In this document: positions 12,351-25,700 of the stretch, piece after piece | Layout of the letters: every line of letters starts with the position of its first letter | Position numbering within the stretch: position 1 is the stretch's first letter | Assembly: GCA_013239625.1 (NCBI GenBank) | Contig: MU053588.1 | Coordinates: 1,327,988 to 1,391,987 of the forward strand | DNA from: Lama guanicoe | Taxonomy: Eukaryota | Length of the DNA: 64,000 nucleotides | Reading direction: 5' to 3' | Notes under the pieces: generated by a model | What the model was told of the DNA's origin: nothing | The model's input: the letters and a program-made list of their open reading frames with translations, nothing else | Databases searched by the model: none | Program-made: the position numbers and the translations under genes

Positions 12351-13756
12351 AGAGCCTTTTTTTAGACTCTATTGCTGCATTGATCCCTTATAGACTTCTC
12401 CCACTTTGATATTTTTAAACAAATGCTAGGAGGGAATACAGTAACCATCACTCCTTCTTGTGCTGGTTGTCTATTTCTTCTACTACAAAAGAAACAGCAA
12501 AAGAACAGAAAAAAGTTTCCTGAATGTGACACATTTCTCTAGTGTCCTAGCTCCCACTGGACACAGTCTGAAAGACCCAAGTCCTTTCTGACTTACTGGC
12601 TGGTCTCCCTAACCTACCTCCCTGATAAACAGCAGTGAATTAGAGCTGTGTGATTTTAAAAGTACAGAAAGGTGAAATTAGAAAACACAGTGAGACAGTT
12701 AGGAAGTTGAGAACTTCCTGACTCATTAATGTCAGTGCCTCAGCCATGGCCTAGAAACAACAACTGCACACAGTGAGTTTCACACAGTGATTTTCAAATA
12801 CTTTAAAGCGAGCCTTTTCCCCCCTCTGTATTCGCACTGTAAGCATAATAATTATATTCCTATTACTGGTGCTGTTTATTTTGTAAGAAAGTGCTGGAGG
12901 TGACTGTGGGAAAAAAAGGAAAAAAAAATGCTGCTTTGACTCTGCTGGTGTCATCTTCTTGTGCACGTGGGGGAGTTTTCAGGAGTAGGATGGCTGGGTA
13001 CATCTTCCTTCAACATTACTGGTTAAAGCCAAATTGTTTTCCAAAGTATCTCTACTGTACGTTCCCTACCAGAAGTATATGAGAGAGTGTCATTCATGTT
13101 AATGTCTGAGTAATTTTCCTTGGATTGATATCCCATAATCTGTTTTTCGGATGGCCATTGAGGTTGCTCCCAGGCTTCTGCTACCACAAATCATGCTGCA
13201 GTGACCAACCTAGTACACACGGTATTTTCCACATATGCAAATACATCTGTGGCATAAATGCCTAGAAGTGCTTTCTCAAAGACTATGTACATTTTATTGA
13301 ATTAATGGCTTTTTATTGTTATGGTTATTATTGGTTATTATTTCCTTCCTTCTTTGGGTTTCTTCTGCATTCTTTTTCAAAACTTCTTTAACCGGATGAG
13401 CTCATTAACTCAGTTTTTCTTCTCCAATATGGGCATTTGAGGCTGTGAATTTCCCTCTCCACGCTGATTTAGCTGCATCCTACAGCTCTGAATGTTTTGT
13501 ACTTTCTATTCTGATTTCTCTCAAACAGATAGGGTTTTAGTTATCGTTTTGTAGTTGATTGCTAAAAGAACTGCCAGTTGGTGCATTTTGCATGATGTTC
13601 GAGTTCATCAAATTACCCTCCCTTAAACACTGTAACAATTTGAGTTCCCAGCATTACTGTTTCCCCACTATTTAAAATATAAAAATATCTGTTTCCCCTC
13701 TATTTTAAAAACACTGCAAAAATTTTTTACACCTGTCAATCTAAGGGATAAAACTG

Positions 13757-13886
13757 TTTGTTTGTTTTTTTTGAGGGGGGTAATTAGGTTTGTTTATTTA
13801 TTTGTTTATTGGAGGTACTGAGGATTGAATCCAGGACCTTGTGCATACTAGGCCTGCACTCTACCACAGACCAAAACCTTCCCCCT
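13757..13886 (-). mobile_element. tRNA-derived SINE (camelid Vic-1-like)
   Basis: Reverse-oriented tRNA-like head with an A/T-rich tail. Target-site duplication GATAAAACTG at 13747-13756 and 13887-13896. Confidence 0.8.
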
Positions 13887-15118
13887 GATAAAACTGGTTT
13901 TAATTTACATTTTAACATTTATTTTGTATTTGTCTTATTAAAAGTGAGACTACCATTATATATATATTATATATATATATATATTTATATATGATTGTTC
14001 TTAGTGGTTTCCATATATAGGGAGATGATCCTCGACCATCCTGGCCTCTTGGTTCCTAGACATCCTCCCCTCCAGTGACCTTGTCCTTCTCCAGCCCCTC
14101 CCTCACCATGGTCACACCTAGACCTTGTCTCAATAACCACAGCCTCTTTAGAACCTGTTTCACGCATCTCACTCTCTACCTGTTACCTGTCTTTCTAGTT
14201 CATTCCCTTCAGAAGGTCAACTCCAGTATCCCTTAGCTCTACGATGTTTCCATGTCCCCTCAGCCCCCTCATGCCTTCACACGGATTAAATTCCTTGACC
14301 AACCACTATAATCACTCCTTATGCATATTCTTAGCCCACTTCCTCCATCTCCACCCTGTTCATCTAGCAAAACCTCAATCCTTGTTAAATTTAAGGCTCC
14401 ATTGATCACATGCCTGCACCTATGCAGATGAGTGTGGATGGAGAAAAATACCCAACCACGCTAACTAGTCTCACCTTAAATTCATTCCCACTGACTTGGA
14501 ATGGAGGCGCAATGCTGCCTAACAAATTTGCCTATGTCTCTGGTCCCTTGACTCTCCCAGATGATCGATCAGCTCTCCTCCTCAAACCTCCAACAGCTCC
14601 TTCCTCATCCTCACTCTTAGCAGTGACTTTCTTCTTGCTTCCTGAGAGACCCACAGCCACCCTCCCACCACATCCACCCTCCTTCTGCATCTTCACTGTC
14701 CATTCCGCCTTCCCACCTGTGACTGGGGCAGCCAGCCATCTACCCACCTGCTAGGCTTCTTTTTTTCGCCCTGTGCATATTGTCATTTTTCTCTTTCCTT
14801 ATTCAAGAAATTGGTCCCCTCTGGGCTCAGGAGAGAAATGGGACAAGCCCCAAAAGCAGGACTAGGCCAGCTTTCTTTCCTTCCTTCCTTTCTTTTTTTT
14901 TTTCCCAGCCTCTTCAGGGATCCAAGTGGAAATAGTTTCGTGGTCAATTGGGCCTCAGATTGAAAACTCAGATGCCTTCAGGGACTAATGGTAGAGAAAA
15001 AATTCTCAGTTGCATTACACAGTTGTGACTTTCCCCCACCGCCAGCTTTATTGAGGTATATCTGACATTTAAGAAACCATATATCCATTTTTTAAACATT
15101 TAAAATAAAAGAAAAACA

Positions 15119-15206
15119 GGAAGGAGAGTATAGCTCAGTGGTAGAGTGCCTGCTTAGCATGCATGAGGCATGGGTTCAATCCCCAGTACCTTCAATTAAA
15201 AAAAAA
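15119..15206 (+). mobile_element. tRNA-derived SINE (Vic-1-like)
   Basis: A-box TAGCTCAGTGG, B-box GGGTTCAATCCC and a poly(A) tail. Confidence 0.8.
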
Positions 15207-16195
15207 GACACTACACATAGTATATAGTTGATGAGCTTTAACTTAATAAACCTGTGAAACCACCACCACAATCAAGACAATGACCATAAAGTAATGAACA
15301 TCTCCATCATCTCCAAATTTCCTCATGACTCTTGAGAAACCCCCCACCCCTCATCCCTCCACACATACATCCCCAGACAACCACTGGTCTGCTTTCTATC
15401 ATTACTGGTTGGTTTCCATTTTCTAGAATTAAGTGATGTAGTATGTACTCTCTTGTCTGGCTTTTTTCATTCAATATAATTATTTTGAGATTCATACCTA
15501 TTTAACAAGAATTCATTCTTTTTATTTCTTAGTACTATTCCATTGCATGGAATAGGTCATTTATCAAGTCACCATAATTTGTTTATTGAGTCACCCACTG
15601 ATGGGCATCTGGGCTGTTTCCAGTTTGGGGCAATTACCAGTAAAGGTGCTATGAACGTTGATGTGTAAGTCTTTGTGTGGACATACGTTTTCATTTTTTC
15701 TAGAGTATATACCTAGGAGTGGAGTGTCTGGATCATACAGTACTTAATTACCTTTTTAAGAAACTGCCAAGCTACTTGCCACAGTCGTTGTACCAAGGCA
15801 TCCCACTACTCTAACTAGTAATGATGATGATGATGATACAGTGGTTAAAAATGTAGTATTTACTTTGATTCTTTTATTTCTTCATGCAACAAATATTTAT
15901 TGGGTATTGCCCTGGGCCAGGCTCTGTTCTAGGCACTGGGGATTCAGCAGTGAAGAAGGCACACGAAATTCCCACCCTCGGGAGCTGAGGTTTGACCTAG
16001 ATCCTCTCTTAGTCCAGGTGATTTGGTGTCGAGGTTCAGAGTGCACTTGTGCTCCAGAGGCAGATGGCCTGGTCCAATTCCTGGCTCTGCCATTTCCCAG
16101 CTGTGTGGCCTGGGCGAGACCCCTTATCTCTGAGCCTTACTCTGTAAAAAGGGGGATGCTGATGACGTATTCTTTACCTGCTAAGGTTGTGGCAT

Positions 16196-16583
16196 TGTTG
16201 TTTCACAAACTGGCCCAGTACACAGAGGGCAAGGAGAGACCCAGAAAAGAGGCAGACCACTCCAGACTGGTGGGTGGCAGGTTTAATAAGCAAGGGGACT
16301 TATGTACAAGGCTTGTCTTGGGCAGTTACAAGTTCAGTAGATCTCCACACCCCCCACCAGATTCTTCAAAGTTTATACAGAAGCTTTAAGTGGGCTCAGT
16401 CGCATATTCTATCCAGATGGTCTCAATAACACCTCAGTCTCCTAAGGCTTGGGACAGCTCACATGTAGCATCGGTGGGCAGTGTACATTCCAAGGACAGA
16501 GAGGGGATGAGGAGCCTCTGAATGCCAGGGTCCAGCTCTCGGGTCAGCTGGCAGTCACTGCCTCATAATGACCTCCTCCAACA
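16196..16583 (-). mobile_element. Solo LTR of an endogenous retrovirus (388 bp) inserted in a MIR-like element
   Basis: Termini TGTTG...CAACA with an imperfect 5-bp flank duplication GGCAT/GGCGC. Minus-strand TATAAA at about 16377 and ATTAAA at about 16287. Confidence 0.65.
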
Positions 16584-16679
16584 GGCGCACAAGCCACTAA
16601 GCATTAGCTGTTAATCTATGCTGGGCGGGGCGGACGGGGGAACCCAGAGAATAAAAATAGGCAAAACATACAGTGTTTC

Positions 16680-17400
16680 TTGATGGGCATGAAATGGTGG
16701 CTTCTTGTGGCTTTGATTTGCATTTCCCCAATGATTAGTGACGTTTATTATCTTTTCATGTGCCTATTCTCCGTTTGCATATCTTTTTTTTTTTAAGAGG
16801 TACTGGGGACTGAACCCAGGACCTCATGCATGCTAAGCAGGTGTTTTACCACTGAGCTATGTCCTCCCCCCACATATCTTTTTTTGGAGAAATATCTATT
16901 TCAGTCCTCTGCCCACTTAAAAATTTTATTGTTTGGGGGGGGTTGTTGTTGCAGAGCTTTAGGAATTCTGTATGTCTTCTGGATATTAACCCTTTATGAT
17001 TTGCAAATATTTTCTCCCATCCTGTGGGTTGACTTTTCACTCTGTTGATTGTTTCCTTTGATGTACAGTTTTTAATTTTGATGCAGTCCAATTTATTTTT
17101 TTTCTTTTGTTGCCTGTTCTTTTGGTGTCATGTCCAAGAAAACATTGCCAAATCCAACATCATGAAGCGTTCCTCCTATATTTTCTTCTAAGAGTTTTAT
17201 AATTATAGTTCCCACAGTTAGGACTTTGGTCCATTTTAGGTGAGTTTTAGATAAGGGTCCAGCTTCATTCTTTTGCACATGAATATCCATCCAATTTTCC
17301 CAACACCATTCATTGAAAAGATTGTCCTTTCCCCATTGAATGATACGGAGACCCTTGTTGAAAGTCATTTGACCATACCTGCGAGGGTTTATTTCCAGAA
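16680..17400 (-). mobile_element. Degenerate LINE-1 ORF2 C-terminal fragment, interrupted by a Vic-1-like SINE at about 16784-16872
   Basis: ORF-track peptides INPRRYGQMTFNKG...QWGKDNLFNEWCWENW and KETINRVKSQPTGWEKIFAN resemble L1 ORF2p. The SINE is flanked by the duplication CATATCTTTT. Confidence 0.85.
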
Positions 17401-18296
17401 TTTGCATATTTAACAAGTTGCTGTTGAGAACCATTGAGATGTAGTATCAGAGTAAAAATAAAACAGGCAGGAAGGTGATGCTTTTCACAGAGAAGGTGAC
17501 ACTTAGCAAAACCCTACAAGAGGCGAGGGAGTCAAACATTCATACATTTGGGAAAGATGTTCTAGGCGGAGGAAAGCCGGGCAAAAGTCCTGTGGTAGGC
17601 ATGGGGAATACTGAGGAGGACCGTGAGGATGGAGTGAGGGGGTAAGTGGGAGGAGATGAGTGTCTGGAAGGTCGTGTGCGGCCTTGTGGGCCTCGAGGTC
17701 CTGGGGAAAGAATCAGGCTTTCGCCCAGAGTGAGATGGCCCGTGTAACCTGGGGAAATGGTAGAACTGTGGGTTAAGAAGGGAACTCAGGATCAGGAGGG
17801 TGGGTGGGAGCGGGGAGAGGGAGGGCCCAGGATGGGGCTTGGGGCTCTGGGGATCATGAGGGCTCCTTGAGATGGGACTAGAAGGAGGAGTGGGTTTCAG
17901 GGAGATGCTGTGGCCTGTGTGGGGCATCATGGGAGTGGGAGCCCAAGAGGAGGCATCCAGGACAAAGCCCAGAGCTCCAGAGTGAACAAGAGGCCTCGAG
18001 TGACCCCAATGTCCTCAACCAGGGATACCCCAGACATCAGCCATTTGTTTTCACTGACCCAAACTTCGCCACATATCCATGCATCACCTGTACACTTGGC
18101 TACATACTAATTTTTTAAAAATCACCTCACTGTCTTTTTTTTCCCAATTCAACACATTTATTTATACAGGAAATGTCATTTCACTCCAGGAAGTGGAAAA
18201 CCAGTATCAATTGCCATAAAGAGACTGGAATATATTTAGTTTAGTATTAGAATATAATAATTCTATTTAGATACAGAATTAGAATATAGAATCTAG

Positions 18297-18490
18297 TGGG
18301 GAGGGTATAGCTTAGTGGTAGAGTGCGTGCCTAGCATGTGCAAGGTCCTAGGTTTAATCCCTAGTGCCTCTGTTAAAAATTAAAAATAAATAAATAAACC
18401 TAATTACCCACCCCACAAAACAAACAAAATAAATTACAAAAATTAAAAAGTTTTTAAAATATTAAATAATAACCAACAAAATTTAAAAAA
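18297..18490 (+). mobile_element. tRNA-derived SINE (Vic-1-like)
   Basis: GGGGAGGGTATAGCTTAGTGGTAGAG...TTTAATCCCTAG head, followed by an AAAT-rich tail and AAACCTAATTACC. Confidence 0.8.
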
Positions 18491-18749
18491 GAATATAATA
18501 GAATATAATTAGTACTAGAACATAATATAAATTTATTTGTACTATATAATAATATATAATAGTACAAATAAATAAATAGTACAAATATATAATAGTACAA
18601 TTAAATCCAGTGATTCACCAAGGATCAGGAATAGGTGCTGAAAGCCTTGGGTTAGATATTGCTGGGGGACAGGTTACTCACAGGGTCTCAAGGTACCACC
18701 TGCAGATAACATCATAATTCAGAGGGGAAAAGATCTGGCAGTCACTTCC

Positions 18750-19135
18750 TATTACGGGCTAAACTGTGTCTCCCCAAATTCATATGTTGAAGTCCTAACC
18801 CCCTGTACCCCAGAGAGTGACTGTATATGGAGGAAGGGTCTTTAAGAGGTGATCAAGTGAAAATGAAGTCGGATGGGTGGGTCCTAATGCAACATGAGCA
18901 ACATCCTTATATGAAGAGGAGATGAGGACGTGGACACACACAAAAGAAAGATGACGTGAAGCAAAGAGAGAAGATGGCTGTCTACAAGCCCAGAAGAGAG
19001 GCCTCAGGATGAAATCCACCCTGCCCACATCTGAACAGACTTCCAGCCTCCAGAACTGTGAGAAAACAAATTTCTGTTCTTTAACCAACCAGTCTGTGCT
19101 ATTCTGTTATGGCAGCCTGGTCAAAGTAATATACT
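18750..19135 (+). mobile_element. MaLR LTR (MLT1-like)
   Basis: Reads GGGCTAAACTGTGTCTCCCCAAATTCATATGTTGAAGTCCTAACCCC...CTTCCAGCCTCCAGAACTGTGAGA...TTTCTGTT...GTTATGGCAGCC, typical of MLT1. Confidence 0.8.
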
Positions 19136-19314
19136 CCTTAACTCAACAAGCAAACTTAGCATCACTGATCATGGGGCCCCTGATGCGATGTACGGAGGAC
19201 ACAGCATCCCCTAAAGAGTTTTCTACATTTAACTGCAGGACTGGAGTCTAATCATGGGGAATCACCAGACAAATTCAGGAAGTGGGACTGTCCACAAGAC
19301 ATACTTACGCAGAC

Positions 19315-20400
19315 TATAAAGAAATTCTACAACTCAACAACAAAAAAAGAATGACCCAGTTTAAAAATGGGCAAAGGACTTGAATAGAAGTCTCTCCAAA
19401 GAAGATACACAAATGGCCAACAAGCATATGAAAAGATGCTCAACATTACTAATCATTAGGAAAGTGCAAATCAAAACTACAAGAGTTATCACTTCACACG
19501 TGTTAGGATGGCTACTACCAAAAAACCAGAGAACAGGTGTTGAAAAGGATGTGGAGAAACTAGAACCTTTGGGCACTGTTGGTGGGAATGTAAAATGGTG
19601 CAGGTGCTAAGGAAAACAGCTTAGAGGTAAGCTGTTAAATAATTAAATTAAATTAAAAACTGTTGTAAAAAATTAAACATAGAATTACCATATGGTCTGG
19701 CCATTCTGCTTCTGGGTATACGTCCAAAAGAAAGATAAGTGAGATCTCAAAAAGATATTTGCACCTCCTTGTTTACTGCAGCATTATGCACAATAGCCAA
19801 GAGGTGGAAGCAACCCAATTGTCCACAGAAGGATGACTGGATGAACACAATGTGGTATATACATACAACAGAATATTATTTAGTCTTTTAAAAGATGGAA
19901 AAATTTAAACTTTACCTTTCTTTAATTTTTTTTGTTGGGAGGAGGTAATTAGGTGTATGTATGTATGTATGTATGAACTGTGGTAGTGGGGATTGAACCC
20001 AGGACCTTGTGTATGCTAGGCACTCTACCACTAAGCTATATACCTTCTTCCCTTAAAATATAGAAGTTCTGTCCTGTGCTACAACATGAATGAAACTTGA
20101 GGACTTTCCATTTAGTGAAATAAGCTAGTTCCCCAAGACACAAATGCTGTTTGATTTCACTCACAGGAGATATCTAGAGTTGCCAAAATCATGGAAACAG
20201 AAAGTAGAATGGTGGTTGCCTGGTGCTGGGGGAAAGGGGAAATGGGACTGTGTTTGATGGGTATAGTTTCAGATTTACAAGATGAAAAAAATTCCAAAGA
20301 CCTATTACACCGCTGTGTGAATATAATTAACACTACTGAACTGCACACTTAAAAATAGTTCAGAGGGTTTTTACTACACTTCAAAAACACATGAAACATT
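19315..20400 (+). mobile_element. LINE-1 ORF2 C-terminus and 3'UTR fragment, containing an inverted Vic-1-like SINE at about 19921-20052
   Basis: The peptide NRSLSKEDTQMANKHMKRCSTLLIIRKVQIKTT is L1 ORF2p-like and is followed by L1 3'UTR sequence. Confidence 0.85.
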
Positions 20401-20556
20401 TTAGATGGCTTTTACTACACTTTAAAAATAAACAAAAAATCCATACATACAGAAACATATAATAAATCAGTGAGATTCTTGATGCCCTGCTGACCCTGGA
20501 GATCACCTCTTTGAGAAGACCTCTTCACATCTCCTGGGTCTGGCCACCTCTCTCAG

Positions 20557-20650
20557 TTCTTTTCTTTTTTCAACTTGAGGTACTAGGGATTGAACCCAGC
20601 ACCTTGTGCCTGCTAAGCATGCGCTCTGCCACTGAGCTATCAACCCTTCT
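20557..20650 (-). mobile_element. tRNA-derived SINE (Vic-1-like)
   Basis: GAGGTACTAGGGATTGAACCCAG...CTCTGCCACTGAGCTA is the reverse complement of the A/B-box head. Confidence 0.75.
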
Positions 20651-20984
20651 CCACCTTCCTCAGTTCTGGAACAGAAGTGCAGAGGTTGTATCCTGCAGCT
20701 CCCCACTAGTCCCTGTTTCCTGCTTCACTGCCCAACACAGCCATCCTCAAGCTTTTTGGCTTTCAAAAGCAATCACAAAAAAAACTCTAGTCCCTGGCCC
20801 ATGTTTCAGTTGACATCTAAAATGATAGCATTTCAGTCATTATAAAATGGAAAATGGAAAATTTTAATGGCAATGCATCTCTCCATTTTCCTATTTTTCT
20901 AGTAGAATGTCCTTGTTGCTAGAATGAGATGAGTTGGGTATTAACTCTACTCTTATTTTTCTTTTTAACATTAAGTGCTGAGAA

Positions 20985-21465
20985 ACTGTTAGGTTTCCTA
21001 TGGCCGCTATAACAAAGGATTCACAATCTCGGTGGCTTAAGACAACGGAAGTTTATTCTCCTACAGTCCTGGAGGCCAGAAGTCAGAAATTGGTATCACT
21101 GGGCTGAAATCAAGGTTCATGCCTTCATTGAGACTCTGTTCCTTGCCTCTTCCAGTGTCTGGTGGCTGCTGACATTCCTTGGCTTATGGCCACATCCCTC
21201 CAATCTGCTAGGCCAAGGTCTTCAAATCTCTCCTGTCTTCACATCACCTTCTCCTGTTTGTGCTAAATTTTCCTCTGTCTTCCTTTTATAAGGACACATG
21301 TGATTGCATTTAGAATCCTCCCCCTACCAGCCCAATAGTCTCTCCATTTTAAGATCCCTAATTTGATAACATCTGCAAAGACTCTTTTCCAAATAAGGTA
21401 ATATTCATGGATTCCAGAGATTAGGACAAGAATATCTGTGGGGGAGCCATTTGCAGCCTACCACA
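20985..21465 (-). mobile_element. MaLR LTR (MLT1-like)
   Basis: GGTGGCTTAAGACAACGGAAGTTTATTCTC...CAGTCCTGGAGGCCAGAAGTC...CAGCCTACCACA is the antisense MLT1 pattern. A second similar fragment lies at about 22020-22435. Confidence 0.75.
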
Positions 21466-22708
21466 GAAGCTTTGTTCACTGAATCAGTCAGCAAGTATTT
21501 ACTGAAAGCCTACTGTGTGCTGGGTATTTGTCTAGGCACTGAGGATACAGCTATGAACAAAACAGAAATATCTAGCCTTCTGGAGCTGACATTCTAAGAC
21601 CGCACTGTCTCAAATAATAGCTACACACCCTCGGTGGCTATTGAACACTTGTGATAGGGCTAGTCCAAATTAATATACACTGAAGGATAAAATACACACT
21701 GGATTTTGAAGATTTAGCACACACACACAAAGAATGTTCAGTTTCTCACTAATTTTAAAATACTGATTAGATGTTGAAGTGATATATTGGGGTAAATCAG
21801 ATATGCTATTAAAGTTAATTTCCCTTTGTTTCTTTTTAGTTACTTTTAAATGAGGCTATGAGAATGTTTAGAATTATATCTATTTCTATTTTACAGTGCT
21901 GTTCTAAGGGGAAGGAGAAAATTATGAACAATGAACACAATAAATAAGTATATTACATGGTATTTTAGGAAGTGAGAGTTTCTATGGGAAAAAAAAAGGT
22001 CAGGATAAGGGAATATATTACATTCCTAGCGCTGCTTAGTGGCTTAAAAAATATTATTATCTTGTGGTTCTAAAGGTCAGATGTCCAAAATATGCCTTAA
22101 GGGTCTGAGTTTCTTCTGGAGATTCCAGGGGAAAATTAATTCCTTGTCTTTTTCAGTTTCTAGAGGGTGTCTTCATGCTTTGATTCCTGGTCACATCTCT
22201 CTGACCTCTGCGTGCAAAATCATCTCTCTCCCTCTTCCTCTGACTTTCCTGCCTCCCTCTTATAAGGAGCCTGAGGATTATATCGAACCCACCTGAAACC
22301 AGGATAATCTCCCCATCTTAAGATCCTTAATTTAATCACATGTATAAATCCCTTTTACCAGTAAGGTAACATATTCACAGATTCTGAGGCTTAAGAAGTG
22401 AACATTTTGGTGGGGGGCATCATTCTGTCTACCACAGGGAAAGTCAAGCCAGAGAACCTGCAGTTTTAGGCAGGGGTGTCTGGGAGAGAGCCTCACTGAG
22501 AAGGTGACATCTGCCTAAGGACCTGAGAAGGGAGGGAAGGAGCAGTATGGGTATTCGGGAAGGGCATTCCAGGAAGCAAGACTAGCCAAATGCAAAGGCT
22601 CAGTGGTCCCTCTTCCTCCTTGCTGCCTCTAAACCACAGCTGTCAGAAATTGGTGCCTTCCCAGGTGCCTCGCGAATCTTGCTTGGGGAGCAGAAAGGTT
22701 TGAGATCC

Positions 22709-25700
22709 CTAATCATCACTGGTCTCTTGCAAAGTCATCGCCGCCCACGGTTCCTCAAAGGGCAGCTCGGCCTGTGGGGAGAAGCAGAGCCTGAATCAGA
22801 AAGGCAACAGGTCCAGCCCTCCTCTCCACCCGCAGTCCAGAGAGCCCGTAGTGATCACCTGGGGTCCGGCGTGGCTCTGTCTGTGCAGCGTTCGCCTGCG
22901 GTGCCACTGGCGTAGGGAGGCCCGGGCCTCAGAGCTGAGCCCCTGGGGCGCGCGGCCCGCATCGGGCTGGTAGTGGGCAATGTGGTACAGCGCTCCAAAC
23001 CACGTGGTCAGGTAGTACCCCGCTAGGGGGCAAGAAGGGGAGGTCAGCGCAGCCCTCTCAACTTCCCTGGCCGCCCGAAGCCCCCCTGCAGGTCGCCAGC
23101 CTTCCCTCCTGCTTCAGGGCGAGCTGTTCGGGGCGCGGGCGGCTGTACGGCGCCCCCTGTCGGGTCCCAGCGTTCTGGGGCTCAGGGCTCACCTTCTCCC
23201 CGTAGCTGGTCCGGATCCAAGAGCTCCATGAGAAACTCCACGTCCAGCTGCGTCTCCCCAATGTCTGGACTCCAGATCAGTTCCTCTGTCAGTGCTGGCA
23301 GGAAGGCGTCGGCCCCCAAGGGCTCTAGGAAAGATGGAGGACACGCTATGGAGTGGGTGGGGGCGTGCAGACACCTTCCATCCAATCCCCAGGACCGCGA
23401 GTGCTGGCTGCCCTTCCACTTTGCCTGGCATGCAAGCGTCGCTTACTAGATCCCCCCGGCCCGCGCAGACGCCTCCCGCTAGAGCATGCCATTTTCTCCC
23501 TTCGACGTGTGCATGGGCGCCTGCTACCTAGCTCCCCGCAACCCTCAAGTCACTCCACATCCAGGTAGACTCAAGACTCCGCCTTTACCTTGGTTCTCAC
23601 CCCGAGCCAGGCCCGCGTAGACGTCACTGCACACCGCCAGCAGGAGCGACACCTTGCGGCGTGGGGCGCAGGCTGCGTGGAGGTGCGCTAGGCGCGCATG
23701 GATGCGGCTCCGTAGGGCTGGGGCGGGGCTCCGCCCCTCACGCCCCGCCCCTTGAGCGCCTGGAGGCCCCGCCCCTGCCCGCAGGGCTATTTGTCGCCGC
23801 CTCAGTTGCCGAAGCTCTGGGGCGCGGAGCGTGCGGAGTCGAGTCCACAGGGCAGGCTTCAGCGGTGCCAGTACTGCCCGGCACAAGGCCGCCTCCACTG
23901 CGGTGCCTGCCGGAGTTGAGGTGGGTGAAGGGAGAGCCGCCAGGCTGACCCACGCCCACCCTCTCTCTTTACAGACCCACCCTGGCTGACCACCATCCCT
24001 TCCTAGCTCCTGGCCACCCTCATGTGTCGACATGGTTGTGAACACATGTGGAAGAGGGAGTCTGGGTGTGAACACGCCCGTGGGAGAAGAAGTATGACTG
24101 TCACCCACATGTGAGATGGACAGTGGTGAATAGAATGGATGTTACTACAGGTCGGAAAGGGTGTGTGAGTAGAAAAGAAAATAGGTGTGCACACGGATGG
24201 CGAGAAAGAAGTTGGATGTGAACACCTATGCAGCGCCAAGAGGTGGCAAACGTGAACCTGGCCCCATTCCCTCCTAGTCTTCCTCATTACCAAGGTCCTC
24301 GTCCTTCTGGGGCGCTGCAGGTCCCCTGCTCCCAAAGACAGCCCTGACATCAGGATCCTTTGCTAAGTGATCCTGAAGGTCAGTAAGGAGGTGCCGCACA
24401 TCCTGAAGCAGCTCTGTGACCGGGTCTCCAGGCCTGTGGGGACCCCCAGCACCTGAGATGAGGCGTGCCCGAAGGTCTCGGAACTGCCTGGCCACGTAGC
24501 TGCTTCGGGTCCTGGCTAGAGCCCGGATGTGATGGGTGAGCACATCCTCAGGTCCTTCCTCTTCATCTTTGTAGTCCTCCTCCTCCTTCTCCTCTTCTTT
24601 CTCCTCCACCAGGCTGGCCAGAGGTGGCCCCGGATGATGTACTTCTGGGCTGAGTGGGCCTTCCACCCAGGAGACCCGGTGAGGGGCTGGGTTCCTGGGG
24701 GCTGAGGTGAGGAGAAGGTTGGGTCCCACAGAACAGTGGCAGTAGCTCCTTCATCCCTCAGGAGCCCAGGGCCCTGCTCATCTAACCTGGACCAGGTCTC
24801 TCAGCAGTCTCTGCAGGTGTCTCTGGGGGCATCTGCTCCATCCCCCACGTTCTGTGGGTCTCCAGGTAGAGCTTGTTCACCACAAAGAGCACCCTCCCTG
24901 AGATGCTGAGTTGGCTGCTGCCAGTCTGCGGAGTGTCTGTGGGCCAGCAGAACTGAGGTGGCCCAGGTGTCCAAGGGGCCAGCCTTAGTTCCTGAAGGTC
25001 ACCAGGAGACTTAGTTTACAGCCTCATCACTGAAGGAATTGAGGCTTGGTCCCTGGCACCTCCTCAGTTGGCCCAGGAGCTGAGTGCTGCACCCTTCCCC
25101 CCACCCCCACTCTTTCTCTTCCCTCAAACCCTGTAATCTGGTCCCCAAGTACCATCCTTTTGGATCAAAGAGGTGAAGAGTTGGCCTCTTTCCCCATTAG
25201 AGAATCATGCCTTACCTGTGTGCTGGTCCACAGGCTCTAGAGTGAGAGGGGGCAATAGCAGTGTTCTGGGCAAAACATCCCTAGAAAATATAAGGAGGAG
25301 CCACAATGTGGGTGAGATATCGTAGGGCAGGATTCCCCCTTAGTCCTTCTGATGGGTGAGCTGTACCTGCTGGCTGATAGGAAGGCCAGGAGATGGGGTA
25401 GGTCTGGCATGCAGAGGTTAGAGGATTCCAGAGACACACCTTGGAGGAGAGGGCAAGGAGGAATAAGTTAGAAAACTCGAGGAGTAGCAGCCTCTTTTTC
25501 TCTGAGACTCTCTCTTCCCAAGTCCTGCAGTCCCCAAGGATCTTCAGAACAGAGAAATTTCTACCCCTTGCTGTCCCCATCATTTCCTGTGTCTTTATGC
25601 TTGCATCCCACTTATGTCACCAAATAGGATTCATCCATTAAAACATTTATTGCGCACCTATTCATTTTAAGGCACTGGGGATACAATTGTCAAAAGGCAA

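Noticed and set aside
15119..15206. tRNA-like sequences with A and B boxes, here and at about 10 other sites
   Set aside because: They have A-rich tails, target-site duplications and divergent stems, so they are SINEs rather than tRNA genes.
15841..16389. 182-aa ORF on the plus strand
   Set aside because: It runs across L2-like, MIR-like and LTR sequence, has a non-ATG start and shows no domain similarity; a chance ORF.
17093..17434. Possible active LINE-1 ORF2
   Set aside because: It is a short, frameshifted fragment interrupted by a SINE, with no full ORF.
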